Below, piece by piece: positions 28,703-37,594 of a stretch of 64,000 bases of DNA. Within the stretch, counting starts at the first letter, position 1, and every line of letters begins with the position of its first letter. The notes beneath the pieces are model-generated. The model was not told where the DNA came from and searched no databases. It saw nothing but the letters and a program-made list of their open reading frames with translations. Position numbers and translations under genes: made by a program. This DNA comes from Thermoanaerobaculia bacterium (GTDB lineage Bacteria > Acidobacteriota > Thermoanaerobaculia > Multivoradales > Multivoraceae): NCBI GenBank assembly GCA_963664405.1, contig OY761158.1:6240001-6304000 (forward strand), written 5' to 3'.

Positions 28703-29578
28703 TCAGGCGCACTTGCAGAGATCGATCAGGAAAGCTCGGATCGCTCGAGGAAGAGCGGGGTCGGCAATCGCGCTCATGTGATCCTTACCGTCGAGTACAA
28801 CGACCTTGGTGGCGGGTAGAACTTCGTGGAGACGGTCGACGCCTGCTCGAAGCGGATCGAGCTCGCCGACAACCGCCAGAATCGGCACCTCGATGCTGCG
28901 TACCGACTCCTCCGACGGAGCGATCCCGGTCATCCCTCGCACCGCCGCGGCGAGGGCGAGCGGGTCGTTGTTGGCGAGGATGAACTGGCTCATCGCGGTC
29001 ATCTGCTCAGCGCTGGGCTGCGGCTGGCCCTCCGGTGTCAGCGCGGCGAAGAGCGGCCCGAGACCTTCACCGCTCTCGAGCGACTCGGCGAGCCGATCAT
29101 TCGGGACCCCTTCATTCGGCTCGTTCCAGCCCGCTCCCCCCAGCACTACTGCCGAGAGCAGCTCGGGGTGGCGCGTTACCAGGTCGAGGGTGATGAATCC
29201 TCCCATCGAGTAGCCGACGACGTTGGCCTTCTCGATGCCGAGATGGTCGAGCAGCCGGACCACGTCGTCTGCCATATTCGAGCCGTAGGCGGCGGGGTCG
29301 TGAGGCTTGCCGCTCTTGCCGTGCCCGCGGGTGTCGAGGGCGATGACTTTGAACTCTTGGGAAAGAGCCTCGACGACGCCTGGGAGCTCCCAGTTTGCCT
29401 CGATTGAGGCGGTGAAACCGTGGATCAGGACGATGGGCTCACCCACACCCCAGGTTTTGTAGCGGATCTCAACGCCGCTCGAGTCGAAGAACTGGTCCTC
29501 GGACTCGGCGTCCGCGAATGCCGGCAATGCGAGGAGAATGAGAGTGGCTATCAGGCGTGTCGAGTGGTGGGTTCGCAC
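28703..29578 (-). CDS. Alpha/beta hydrolase, exported
   Basis: LIHGF, D.RGHG.S, GYSMGG nucleophile, G..DP and DH motifs; AGGAG RBS before GTG. Confidence 0.9.
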   Translation of the reverse strand: MRTHHSTRLIATLILLALPAFADAESEDQFFDSSGVEIRYKTWGVGEPIVLIHGFTASIEANWELPGVVEALSQEFKVIALDTRGHGKSGKPHDPAAYGSNMADDVVRLLDHLGIEKANVVGYSMGGFITLDLVTRHPELLSAVVLGGAGWNEPNEGVPNDRLAESLESGEGLGPLFAALTPEGQPQPSAEQMTAMSQFILANNDPLALAAAVRGMTGIAPSEESVRSIEVPILAVVGELDPLRAGVDRLHEVLPATKVVVLDGKDHMSAIADPALPRAIRAFLIDLCKCA

Positions 29579-29657
29579 AACGGGGCTCCTTTCGAGGGCG
29601 GCTGAGTTTATCTCAGCCCCCTGCCCCCCGGCATACAATGCGGGCTCGGCGACCGCG

Positions 29658-30365
29658 ATGATCGTGTTTGAGCAAGGGGACTCGCGCGTCCTCATCAACC
29701 AGACCGACCACGCTCACTTTTGTGGAGAGTTGTTGTCACTGTGGCGCCAGGACGGTCTCCCCGAAAACCCTCGGCGCGAAGAGGTGCTCTTCGCCGCTCG
29801 ACATCACGACAACGGCTGGCGTGAAGAGGATGCCGCGCCGCACTTCGACCCGACGACAGGCGCGCCTCATACCTTTCTCTCTCTACCGCCCCAGCACCGT
29901 GCCGATCTCTGGCGGCGGGGAGTTGCCCGGTATCGAGAGCAGCGGCCCTACGCCGCGCTGCTCATCTTCGAGCATGCTCTTGCCCTGCATCGTGGCGTAG
30001 CCTCGTCTCCTCCTTATGACGCGCTTGTCGCAGAGCTCAGCGGCTGTCGTAGGGAGCTGATCGAGGAGCTGGGTGTAGACGCGGAAGATCTGCGGCGGGA
30101 CTACGCCTTCATCGGTCTCGCCGATCTGGTCTCGCTGGTCGCCTGTAGCGGGCTTTCGGGGCCCAGGGAGTGTAACGGGCGCCGATTCTGGCTCGAGGAG
30201 CAGACGCTTATTCTCGAACCCTTGCCGCTGGTGGGTCGGACGCGCTTTCGCATTCCGTGTCGGCGAATTGAAGGGACGGCGGTCCGCGGGGCCGCCGAGC
30301 TTGCTGCTGTTATCGGCGGCGCCCGCTGGCAGCATCTCGAGCTCTTTGTTGATAGCGGCGCATGA
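29658..30365 (+). CDS. DUF3891 family protein
   Basis: I.Q.DHA...G.L...W, A..HD.GW and D..SL..C motifs. Confidence 0.8.
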   Translation: MIVFEQGDSRVLINQTDHAHFCGELLSLWRQDGLPENPRREEVLFAARHHDNGWREEDAAPHFDPTTGAPHTFLSLPPQHRADLWRRGVARYREQRPYAALLIFEHALALHRGVASSPPYDALVAELSGCRRELIEELGVDAEDLRRDYAFIGLADLVSLVACSGLSGPRECNGRRFWLEEQTLILEPLPLVGRTRFRIPCRRIEGTAVRGAAELAAVIGGARWQHLELFVDSGA

Positions 30366-30474
30366 TCCGTCTGCTACACTCGAAACCAGGCCCGAGGCTC
30401 GAAGAAGGGCGCTCATATTTGCCGAGCGGCGGCAGCATCGATCGCCCCAAGGGCTCCGAAATAGGAGGAACCTG

Positions 30475-30696
30475 ATGGCTACCAACCAAGCCTCAATGGC
30501 ACGACGACAGAGAGAGCGGCAGCGCCAGCAGCGCCGGCGCGAGAAGATGGCCAAGCGGATGGAAAAACGAGCGCAGAAGGCGGCAGCGGGAACGACGGAG
30601 GCTGACGAGACCATCGATTGGGAAAGCGCTGTACGCGAAGAAAAGATCCTGTCCGATGAGGACGAAGACGAAGAGGGTGCCCAAGAAGCCCGCTAG
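30475..30696 (+). CDS. Small protein with basic coiled-coil N-terminus and acidic tail
   Basis: AGGAGG RBS; 73 aa, RRQRERQRQQRRREK...DEDEDEE. Confidence 0.7.
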   Translation: MATNQASMARRQRERQRQQRRREKMAKRMEKRAQKAAAGTTEADETIDWESAVREEKILSDEDEDEEGAQEAR

Positions 30697-30705
30697 TGCT
30701 TGCCG

Positions 30706-31170
30706 ATGAGCGGGCAGCGATCGAGCGCGCCTGCCGACGCCGTTACAGACCGGGCTACCGGCTTGTTCAGGGGACGTCGAATAGCGCGTGTCTACCGCGC
30801 GCCGAACGGCGTTACAGTGCTGGTTGGCAAGAGCGCGCAGGACAATGACCTGCTCAGCCTGAAGCTCGCTCGCCCGCAGGATCAGTTCTTTCATGTGGCA
30901 GGGCAGCCTGGGAGTCATGTGATCGCTCTCAATGCTGAGAACAGCTCCAGTCTCGATCGCGAGACACTTCGTTTCGCGGCATCGTTGGCCGCCGCCTACT
31001 CGTCCGCGCGCCGCGGTGGTCGCGTTTCCGTTCACCATGCGTTGTGCGCCGATGTCTCCAAGCCGAGAGGTCTCGCCCCCGGCAAGGTTCAATTGCGCCG
31101 CGCGCGATCGGTGCAGGTAGAGCCTTCGCTACAAGAGGAGTCTCGTATTGACCGGATTGAAGAGGGCTGA
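30706..31170 (+). CDS. NFACT-R (DUF814) RNA-binding domain protein
   Basis: LVGK.A.DND.L, FH....PGSHV, AA.LAA.YS and V.KP.G..PG.V motifs. Confidence 0.88.
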   Translation: MSGQRSSAPADAVTDRATGLFRGRRIARVYRAPNGVTVLVGKSAQDNDLLSLKLARPQDQFFHVAGQPGSHVIALNAENSSSLDRETLRFAASLAAAYSSARRGGRVSVHHALCADVSKPRGLAPGKVQLRRARSVQVEPSLQEESRIDRIEEG

Positions 31171-32191
31171 GCGCGATCTACGCCGAGCGGCGGCCTGCGT
31201 CACACTGGTGGTGGCGGGTTGCGGTACCGAGCCGGTCTCGATCGATTCTTCGTTCGAGGACGCAGCCGCTCTCTTCGAACAGAGAACTCCCGGAGCGCTG
31301 ACCGAGAGTTTCGATCTCTTCGAGGATATTGTTGAGCGCGAGCCCGATAACGCATTAGCGCACGCCGGAGTCGCCTCTAGCGGCTGCCTGCTTGCCCTCT
31401 ACTCGGTTGTCGAGCCTGGCCAGGTCTTGCCGCGGGCACGTCAGGCCGCTGAGGAGGCTCTGCGTCTCGACCCCACTCTGTCTGAAGCTCACTCCGCGCT
31501 CGGCCTCGTCGACTACCTTTACGCCTGGGACTGGCAGAGCGCCGAGGCCCGATTCCGTACGGCACTCGATCTCGACCCGGCCAGCGCCACAGCGTGGCAT
31601 TGGTATGGCATGTTGCTGACCGCGCTCGGCCGCACCGAGGAGGCGGTGGCGGCGCTCGACCGGGCGGCGGAGCTCGCTCCGGAGTCGCGGATCATTCAGG
31701 CAAAGCGGGGTACGGTACTGACCGCCGCCGGTCGTTACGAGGAGGCGCAGGCCCAGCTCGCTCACGCCGCCGAGAAGTTCCCGACTCTGGCTCTGCCTCA
31801 TCGTGAGCTCGGATTTCTCTACCTCGAGCTCGAGCGCTACGAAGACGCCGTGGCGGCTTTCGAGCGCGCCGCGGAGCTCGCCGGGGGAGCTTCTAAGTCC
31901 ACCGGGGGGCTCGGCTATGCCTATGCCGTGGTCGGCGAGGAGGAACGGGCGCGGAAGGTGCTCGATGTGTTTCTCGAGCGCTCGCGTTCGGGCTTTGTTC
32001 CACCGATGTATCTAGCTCTCATGTATGCGGGGCTCGGCGAGACCGATGAGGCCTTCCGCTGGCTCGAGCGGGCCCATGAGATGCATGACCCCGGGCTCGT
32101 CTACCTCGCGATCAAGCCAGGGTTCGAGAGCCTTCGCACGGATCCCCGCTTCGTGGAACTGGCAGAGCGGATAGGCCTCGATCCTCCCTAG
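31148..32191 (+). CDS. TPR-repeat protein, possible lipoprotein
   Basis: VAGC lipobox; WDW..AE..F..AL.L.P repeats; LR.DPRF..L...IGL tail. Confidence 0.85.
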   Translation: MTGLKRAERDLRRAAACVTLVVAGCGTEPVSIDSSFEDAAALFEQRTPGALTESFDLFEDIVEREPDNALAHAGVASSGCLLALYSVVEPGQVLPRARQAAEEALRLDPTLSEAHSALGLVDYLYAWDWQSAEARFRTALDLDPASATAWHWYGMLLTALGRTEEAVAALDRAAELAPESRIIQAKRGTVLTAAGRYEEAQAQLAHAAEKFPTLALPHRELGFLYLELERYEDAVAAFERAAELAGGASKSTGGLGYAYAVVGEEERARKVLDVFLERSRSGFVPPMYLALMYAGLGETDEAFRWLERAHEMHDPGLVYLAIKPGFESLRTDPRFVELAERIGLDPP

Positions 32192-32420
32192 GCTCCAGAA
32201 ATGATGGCTATCATTTCCTCCGCTGGGCGCGCCCCGCCTAGTTGTCTTTTGGCGCCGAGGACGGCGCACTTGGGCGTTGCTTCCTATTCGCTCACGGAAA
32301 CGGCTCTGGCCGAATACTCGGACACGCTCCTAGCCCCAGAAAACGCGCCTTCGGCCCGTTTTCCGGCCCATCCCCGCCTGAGAACTACTCGCCTGTCCGA
32401 ATTCTCGGACAGGCTCCTAG
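32188..32420. repeat. CTAG-delimited repeat mosaic (family B)
   Basis: Four CTAG sites; CCGAAT(A/T)CTCGGACA(C/G)GCTCCTAG twice; 32334-32395 recurs around the IS21 site. Confidence 0.7.
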
Positions 32421-32804
32421 ACCAGCGTTTCCAAAGTAGCGCTACATATCTCGGCCCGTTCTGCCCCGCTGGCGGCGTTGCGCCTCCTCGACATATTGAA
32501 TAGGGTTGTTTGCGGAGTCGCGGAGCGATTCCGTCAACGGCGTGTTGAACGAAGCCGCGGGATCGAAGCGAGGACCTATGTGGATTGTTCGGTGATCAGG
32601 AGCCGTCGGGCGGCGCCGGCGTCGAGGTATCGAGGGTCGAAGGCGCGAGTCTCGTCGAGGAAGAGGCTGGGAAGCTCGAGATGGGGGGAGCTGACAGAGT
32701 GCCGAGGCGGGTCATCGCAATCTCAGACGGAGGTAGAGATAGAGGTGTCCTAGGCCATCTAGGGTCGGACGGCGAGAACGCCACAGATCTACGAGGCAGG
32801 TGGT

Positions 32805-34001
32805 TCATGGTGATCGTGCCCTGCTCGAAACGGGCGAGGGAGGTTGGTAAGCGGGCAGGTCTTGCTTGATGACGAGATGGCCCTTGCGGCACTTCGGACA
32901 CAGGGTCACGTCTTCGCCGGTGAGTCGCTGGAGGAGCTGTTGCCAGGTTTCAAGCGGCGGCGTGGCTGTGGTCTGATCGGTGTACGCCGCCATGCCGCCT
33001 AGCAGCTGCCTGCACAATGGAATGAGCTTGCGTTTGAGCGGGTTGGCAAGCAGTCCGTAGTGTCGAATTCTCATGAAGCCCTTGGGTAGGACGTGGAGGA
33101 GGAAGCGCCGGATGAATTCTCCTGCGTCGACACGCAGGAGCTTGGTTTGGTTGCCGTGGGCTCGGTCTCTCCATCGGAAAGTGACCTGACCTTTCTCGAG
33201 TGAGACCAGACGGCTGTTGGAGATAGCGACGCAGTGGGTATATCGCCCGAGATATTTCAGGACGCGCTCTGGACCGCCGAAGGGCGGCTTGCTGTAGACG
33301 ACCCATTTCTTCTGCGCCGCCTTGCGAAGCAGCGGGCGATCGTCCGAGCGGATCACGCCCTCCCGAAGAGCCCGCTCGAGCTTTTGTAGGAGCTTGCCCC
33401 GAAAGACGGTAGCGAGGACTCGGACCGAGAAGAGAAAACGCGGTTTCGTCGCGACCCACCGGGTGCCGTCGGGGTCGAGGCCTCCTCCGGTCACGATGCA
33501 GTGGAGGTGAGGGTGATAGAGGAGCTTCTGCGTCCAGGTATGCAGGATGACCGAGAAGCCAATCTTCGCTCCGAGGTTCTTGGGTCGCAAGGCGACCTCG
33601 CGAAGAGTCTCAGCCGCGGCGGCAAAGAGCAGCTTGTAGGCCGGCTTGGGATCGGCGAGAAAGATCGGGTGCAGGACGTCGGGCACCGTGAAAACGACGT
33701 GGTGGTACTCGGTGGGCAGTAGCGCGTCTCGCTGGGCCTCGACCCAGCGCGCCTGCTCGAGGTGCTGACACTTGGGGCAGTGACGGTTGCGGCAGCTGTT
33801 GTAGGAAGCCAGCACGTGGCCGCAGGTGTCACATTCGTGCAGATGTCCACCGAGGGCAGCGGTTCTGCAGGCGGTAATGTCCCGGACCACACGCGCCCTC
33901 GGGTCGCTCAAGGCGGGGAGCCGACCGGCATGCTCTCGGAAGATGTCGGCGAGCTCCAGACTCGAGCGGCCGGCGCGGCGCCGGCTCGCTGGACAGTGCA
34001 C
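32805..34001 (-). CDS. IS91-family rolling-circle transposase
   Basis: CRT..LGG, YNSCRNRHCPKCQ, HPHLH (HUH), YLGRY and RFLLHVLP.GF.RIRHYG motifs. Confidence 0.95.
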   Translation of the reverse strand: MHCPASRRRAGRSSLELADIFREHAGRLPALSDPRARVVRDITACRTAALGGHLHECDTCGHVLASYNSCRNRHCPKCQHLEQARWVEAQRDALLPTEYHHVVFTVPDVLHPIFLADPKPAYKLLFAAAAETLREVALRPKNLGAKIGFSVILHTWTQKLLYHPHLHCIVTGGGLDPDGTRWVATKPRFLFSVRVLATVFRGKLLQKLERALREGVIRSDDRPLLRKAAQKKWVVYSKPPFGGPERVLKYLGRYTHCVAISNSRLVSLEKGQVTFRWRDRAHGNQTKLLRVDAGEFIRRFLLHVLPKGFMRIRHYGLLANPLKRKLIPLCRQLLGGMAAYTDQTTATPPLETWQQLLQRLTGEDVTLCPKCRKGHLVIKQDLPAYQPPSPVSSRARSP

Positions 34002-34004
34002 GGC

Positions 34005-34868
34005 TCAGCCGGTGCTGTGCGACCGGCTCTTGGGATCTGGGAGAAGATCCAGAGGACAGGGTGTCTCGTCGAGGAAATCGCTGGCAACATGGGTGTAGAC
34101 CTGTGTCGAGCGCAGGCTCGTGTGGCCCAGCAGAATCTGGATCTTCCGGAGATTGACGCCGCTCTCGAGCAAGTGGGTCGCGAAGCTGTGTCGCAAAGTG
34201 TGCACGGACACCTTCTTGGTGATCCCTGCCGCCTCCCTTGCCTTATGGAAGACCAGCTCGACGCTGCTGCGAGTCAGATGTCGAGGTGGAGTCTGACCAG
34301 GAAAGAGCCAGTCCTGAGGCCGCGTGGTCTTCCAATACTCACGAAGAACGGTGAGCAGTCTCTCGGAGAGCATCACGTAGCGATCCTTGCGGCCTTTTCC
34401 CTGCTCGATGCGTAGCATCATGCGCTGAGAGTCGATGTCGGAGACTCGCAAGGCCACGACCTCCGAGACCCGTAGCCCAGCGGCGTAGACGGTCGCCAGG
34501 ATGGCTCGGTGTTTGAGATTCGTCAGCGCATCTAGAATGGCTGCCACCTCTTGCTGGCTCAAAACCACCGGGAGTTTCCTTCGGGTTTTCTGGTAGGGAA
34601 TCCGGCCGATGTCCCAGCTCTTGTGCAGGGTGACGCCGTAAAAGAAACGAAGAGCCCCCACGGACTGGTTGAACACCGCCCACGAGACCTTGCGCTCACG
34701 GGTCAGATGAAGTTGGTAACGATGGATCTCGTCGAGGCCGAGCTCGTTAGGTGGGCGCATGTAGTAACGAACAAACTCCTTGACCCGACCGAGGTAGCAC
34801 TGCTGAGTATTAGGACTGAAGCCGCGAATCTCCATGTCCTCCTCCATACGCTGGCGAAACTCTCCCAT
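34005..34868 (-). CDS. Tyrosine recombinase/integrase
   Basis: GLRVSE, GKG.KDR, HTLRHSFATHLLE and LGH....T..Y catalytic set. Confidence 0.95.
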   Translation of the reverse strand: MGEFRQRMEEDMEIRGFSPNTQQCYLGRVKEFVRYYMRPPNELGLDEIHRYQLHLTRERKVSWAVFNQSVGALRFFYGVTLHKSWDIGRIPYQKTRRKLPVVLSQQEVAAILDALTNLKHRAILATVYAAGLRVSEVVALRVSDIDSQRMMLRIEQGKGRKDRYVMLSERLLTVLREYWKTTRPQDWLFPGQTPPRHLTRSSVELVFHKAREAAGITKKVSVHTLRHSFATHLLESGVNLRKIQILLGHTSLRSTQVYTHVASDFLDETPCPLDLLPDPKSRSHSTG

Positions 34869-35118
34869 CACGCTCTCCTTTTCCTGCACCGGTCGCCCCA
34901 ACATGGGACGGACCTGAGGTTTCAGGAGAACCTATCGGTAGCGCGACAAACGGCAGCCAAAGGACCGCAGAGTCGAGGGCTCGTCGACGGCTGACCGGAC
35001 GCCTCGGTCTCCACCGCGTTAGCGGTTTCGTTCATTCCCCAATATGCCTACGTCGGCGCGCCTTGCCAGCGAACAGAATGACCGCGAGCTATTGTAGCGC
35101 GACTTTGGAAACGCTGGT

Positions 35119-36477
35119 CTAGTCGATGTAGCCGAGCTCCTTCAGATCCTCGACGGTATCTTGGTCGAGCACTTCTTGGGCCGGCGCCACTGGCCGCAGA
35201 TTGGCGTGCCACTCTGCGAGAAGGGCTTGCATCCTGGCTACCTGCTCGCCCTCACTTGCAGCAATGTTCTTCTTCTCGGCCGGGTCCTGGACCAGATCGT
35301 AGAGCTCGGTCGCAGTGCCCTCGAGATGAGTGATGAGCTTGTATCTGTCGGTGCGCACCGCCACCGAGCTGGTGTGCTCGGAGACCACGTAAGGGCGTGC
35401 CTCAGGCCTTTGCCCTCCGCGAATCCAGGGTAGAAGGCTGCGTCTGGCGGCTGACTCGTCCAGCTCGGCCCCTGCGGCCTCGAGCAGGGTTGGCACGAGG
35501 TCACGCAATTCGGCGAGCGAGCTCTGCTCTGATCCTGGGGCAGTGCCCCAGCCCACCGGCGGCTTGAACACCAGCGGAACCGAGATCAACTCGTCGTGGA
35601 GCGAGCCCCCATGCCCCATGTGGCCGTGCTCGAAAAACTCCTCTCCGTGGTCGCTGGTGAGGACGATCAGGGTGTCGTCCCAGAGACCGCGCTCGCGGAG
35701 GGAGGCGATGAGGCCGCCCATGCTGCGGTCGAAGCCGAGAATCTCTTCGTCGTAACGCGCCTCCATCGCCTCGAGCTCCTCGGCGCTCAGAACCACAGCT
35801 CCGGAGCGCAGATCGGTGCGCAGCTTCCGCCACTGGTGGCAGAAGGAGCGACCTTCGTAGTCGGCAGTGAAGGTGCCTTTGACGCCCTCGGGCGGGCAGT
35901 ACGGCCAGTGAAGCTCCAGGTAGTGCAGATAGGCGAAGAAAGGTCGCCGCGGCTCGCTCTCGAGCCATTCCAGAAAGCGCTTGTTGATGCGAGAGGCCTT
36001 GGCCGATTTGTGATTGTAGAAGTCGAAGCCCTGGTTGAGTCCGAATTTCGGGGCCAGCTGGCCCTGCTCGCCGACCAGGGCGGTGGCATAGCCGACTGCC
36101 CCGAGGCCCTCCGCGATCGTAACCGCCGCCTCGGAGAGGCGCGCTCCGGAGTGCTCGCCTTCTCCGGCCACGAAGCCGGCGAGTTGGTGCTCTGAGGGGT
36201 AGAGCCCGGTGAGGATCGTTGGCACTGAAGGCCGGGTCCAGGGAGCTTGTGAGAAGGCGGAGGTGAAGCGAATGCCCTCTTCGACCAGGATGTCGAGATT
36301 CGGCGTCAGAGCGCGCCGGTAGGGGTGCGGAGCCGCGAAGCGATCGCCTCGCAGACAGTCGACCAGGAGTACGAGTATGTTCGGCGGCGGTGTCGGTTCC
36401 GGCGGTACCTCCTGACGGCACGCGGCTGATGAGAGCGACGCTAGGAGGAGGGCGGCAGAAGCAGGTGAAAATCTCAA
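35119..36477 (-). CDS. Sulfatase-like hydrolase/transferase lipoprotein
   Basis: VDCLR.D, APWTRPS..TILTG, SDHGEEF.EHG and ELYDL..DP.E motifs; LKELGY tail. Confidence 0.9.
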   Translation of the reverse strand: MRFSPASAALLLASLSSAACRQEVPPEPTPPPNILVLLVDCLRGDRFAAPHPYRRALTPNLDILVEEGIRFTSAFSQAPWTRPSVPTILTGLYPSEHQLAGFVAGEGEHSGARLSEAAVTIAEGLGAVGYATALVGEQGQLAPKFGLNQGFDFYNHKSAKASRINKRFLEWLESEPRRPFFAYLHYLELHWPYCPPEGVKGTFTADYEGRSFCHQWRKLRTDLRSGAVVLSAEELEAMEARYDEEILGFDRSMGGLIASLRERGLWDDTLIVLTSDHGEEFFEHGHMGHGGSLHDELISVPLVFKPPVGWGTAPGSEQSSLAELRDLVPTLLEAAGAELDESAARRSLLPWIRGGQRPEARPYVVSEHTSSVAVRTDRYKLITHLEGTATELYDLVQDPAEKKNIAASEGEQVARMQALLAEWHANLRPVAPAQEVLDQDTVEDLKELGYID

Positions 36478-36547
36478 GCTGGAGGCTCCCGCTGGCCGAA
36501 ACTATACCTGGTTTGACAGGGTCGAGACGCGTTCTTAAGATCTGGGC

Positions 36548-37594
36548 GTGATGGAGGCTCGAAAACGCCGAATTTGTGACTCTGCGGTCGCCGCGGTGAG
36601 CCTTGTCTTGCTGGTCGGCGTGGTTCCGGGAGAGGCCCAGGAGATTGTTTTGCAGTCTTCTTTTGACGATCGGCTGTATGCCGTGGCCGCCGACTCGGGT
36701 CGCTTTCTCGTCGGTGAGCGGGGGCATGAGGTCAGTGTTCTGAGGTCCGACGGTCTCCAGCCTTCTTCCTTCGCGGCGTTGCGGGAGGGGTGGGCTCTCG
36801 CCGGTTCCAGAGCGGTCGGACAAGGCGGCAGGGCTTTAGTGCTCTTTCGCGGGGGAGAGGGAGAACCGCAAGAAGTGCCGCTACCTGAGCAGTTTTCGCG
36901 CCTATGCACCTGGCCCTCCATGGTCGTCGATCGGGGGCGTCTGGCCGGGTTGGTCTGGCTCGAGGGCAGAGACCAAGCAAACCTCGGTGTTCGGGCCTCT
37001 GCGTGGGACGGCCGTCGCTTCGGACCTTCTCGGTGGGTCTCGTCGCCCGGGCAGGGGAGTCAGCTTGCACTCTCGACAGCGGCGTTGGCGGACGGTAGTT
37101 GGCTTGTGGTCTGGAGCGCCTTCGACGGCGGGGACGACGAGATTCTGTCGAGTCAGCGAATCGGTGAGGTGTGGACCCAACCACTAAGAGTCCATGTGGG
37201 AAACTCGGTTCCCGACATAACTCCGGTAGTTACGGCGACTGCCAGAGGCGCGGTTGCCGCTTGGAGTCGGTACGACGGCGAGCACTATCGACTCCGTCTC
37301 AGTCGATTCCGAAACGGCGAGTGGATTCGGGAACGGTCGCTGGGAGGTGACGGTTCGGTGTTTCCCTTCTTCGTGGGCGACGGACTCGGCAACAAGACTC
37401 TGCTGGTCTACCCCACCCTCGGCGACGGGATCTGGACGGTGACGGAGATCGGTCGGCGGGGCCAGGTCATCGCGTCTTCGCATTGGCCTCAGAAGACCAG
37501 AAGACGCCCGCTGGTGCGAGAAGACAGCGATCAGAGGCCGACCCTGGAATGGCTTCCGGATGTGCCTCTCTCGTCGCGAGGGACTCGCCGTTGA
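36548..37594 (+). CDS. Exported hypothetical protein (propeller-like, Trp-rich)
   Basis: Signal peptide; repeated VW...DG.D..I motifs; overlaps the next gene's start. Confidence 0.65.
   Translation: MMEARKRRICDSAVAAVSLVLLVGVVPGEAQEIVLQSSFDDRLYAVAADSGRFLVGERGHEVSVLRSDGLQPSSFAALREGWALAGSRAVGQGGRALVLFRGGEGEPQEVPLPEQFSRLCTWPSMVVDRGRLAGLVWLEGRDQANLGVRASAWDGRRFGPSRWVSSPGQGSQLALSTAALADGSWLVVWSAFDGGDDEILSSQRIGEVWTQPLRVHVGNSVPDITPVVTATARGAVAAWSRYDGEHYRLRLSRFRNGEWIRERSLGGDGSVFPFFVGDGLGNKTLLVYPTLGDGIWTVTEIGRRGQVIASSHWPQKTRRRPLVREDSDQRPTLEWLPDVPLSSRGTRR

Larger units (their letters stand above)
32498..35033 (-). mobile_element. IS91-like element with tyrosine recombinase and HUH transposase (2536 bp)
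   Basis: Boundaries set by comparison with the empty MITE; ATT present at both junctions; two-gene content. Confidence 0.88.
32418..35121. repeat. MITE copy 1 (halves 32418-32497 and 35034-35121), interrupted
   Basis: TAGACCAGCGTTTCCAAAGT...ACTTTGGAAACGCTGGTCTA termini; interior matches 50148-50310. Confidence 0.9.

Noticed and set aside
32201-32503. ORFs sharing LDQRFQSS peptides (also 41592-41906 and 50045-50494)
   Set aside because: The similarity comes from translating the MITE; there is no independent coding evidence.
32498-35033. Integron (intI plus cassette array)
   Set aside because: The recombinase is paired with an IS91 transposase, seems to lack the full IntI insertion, and no attI or cassette array is evident.
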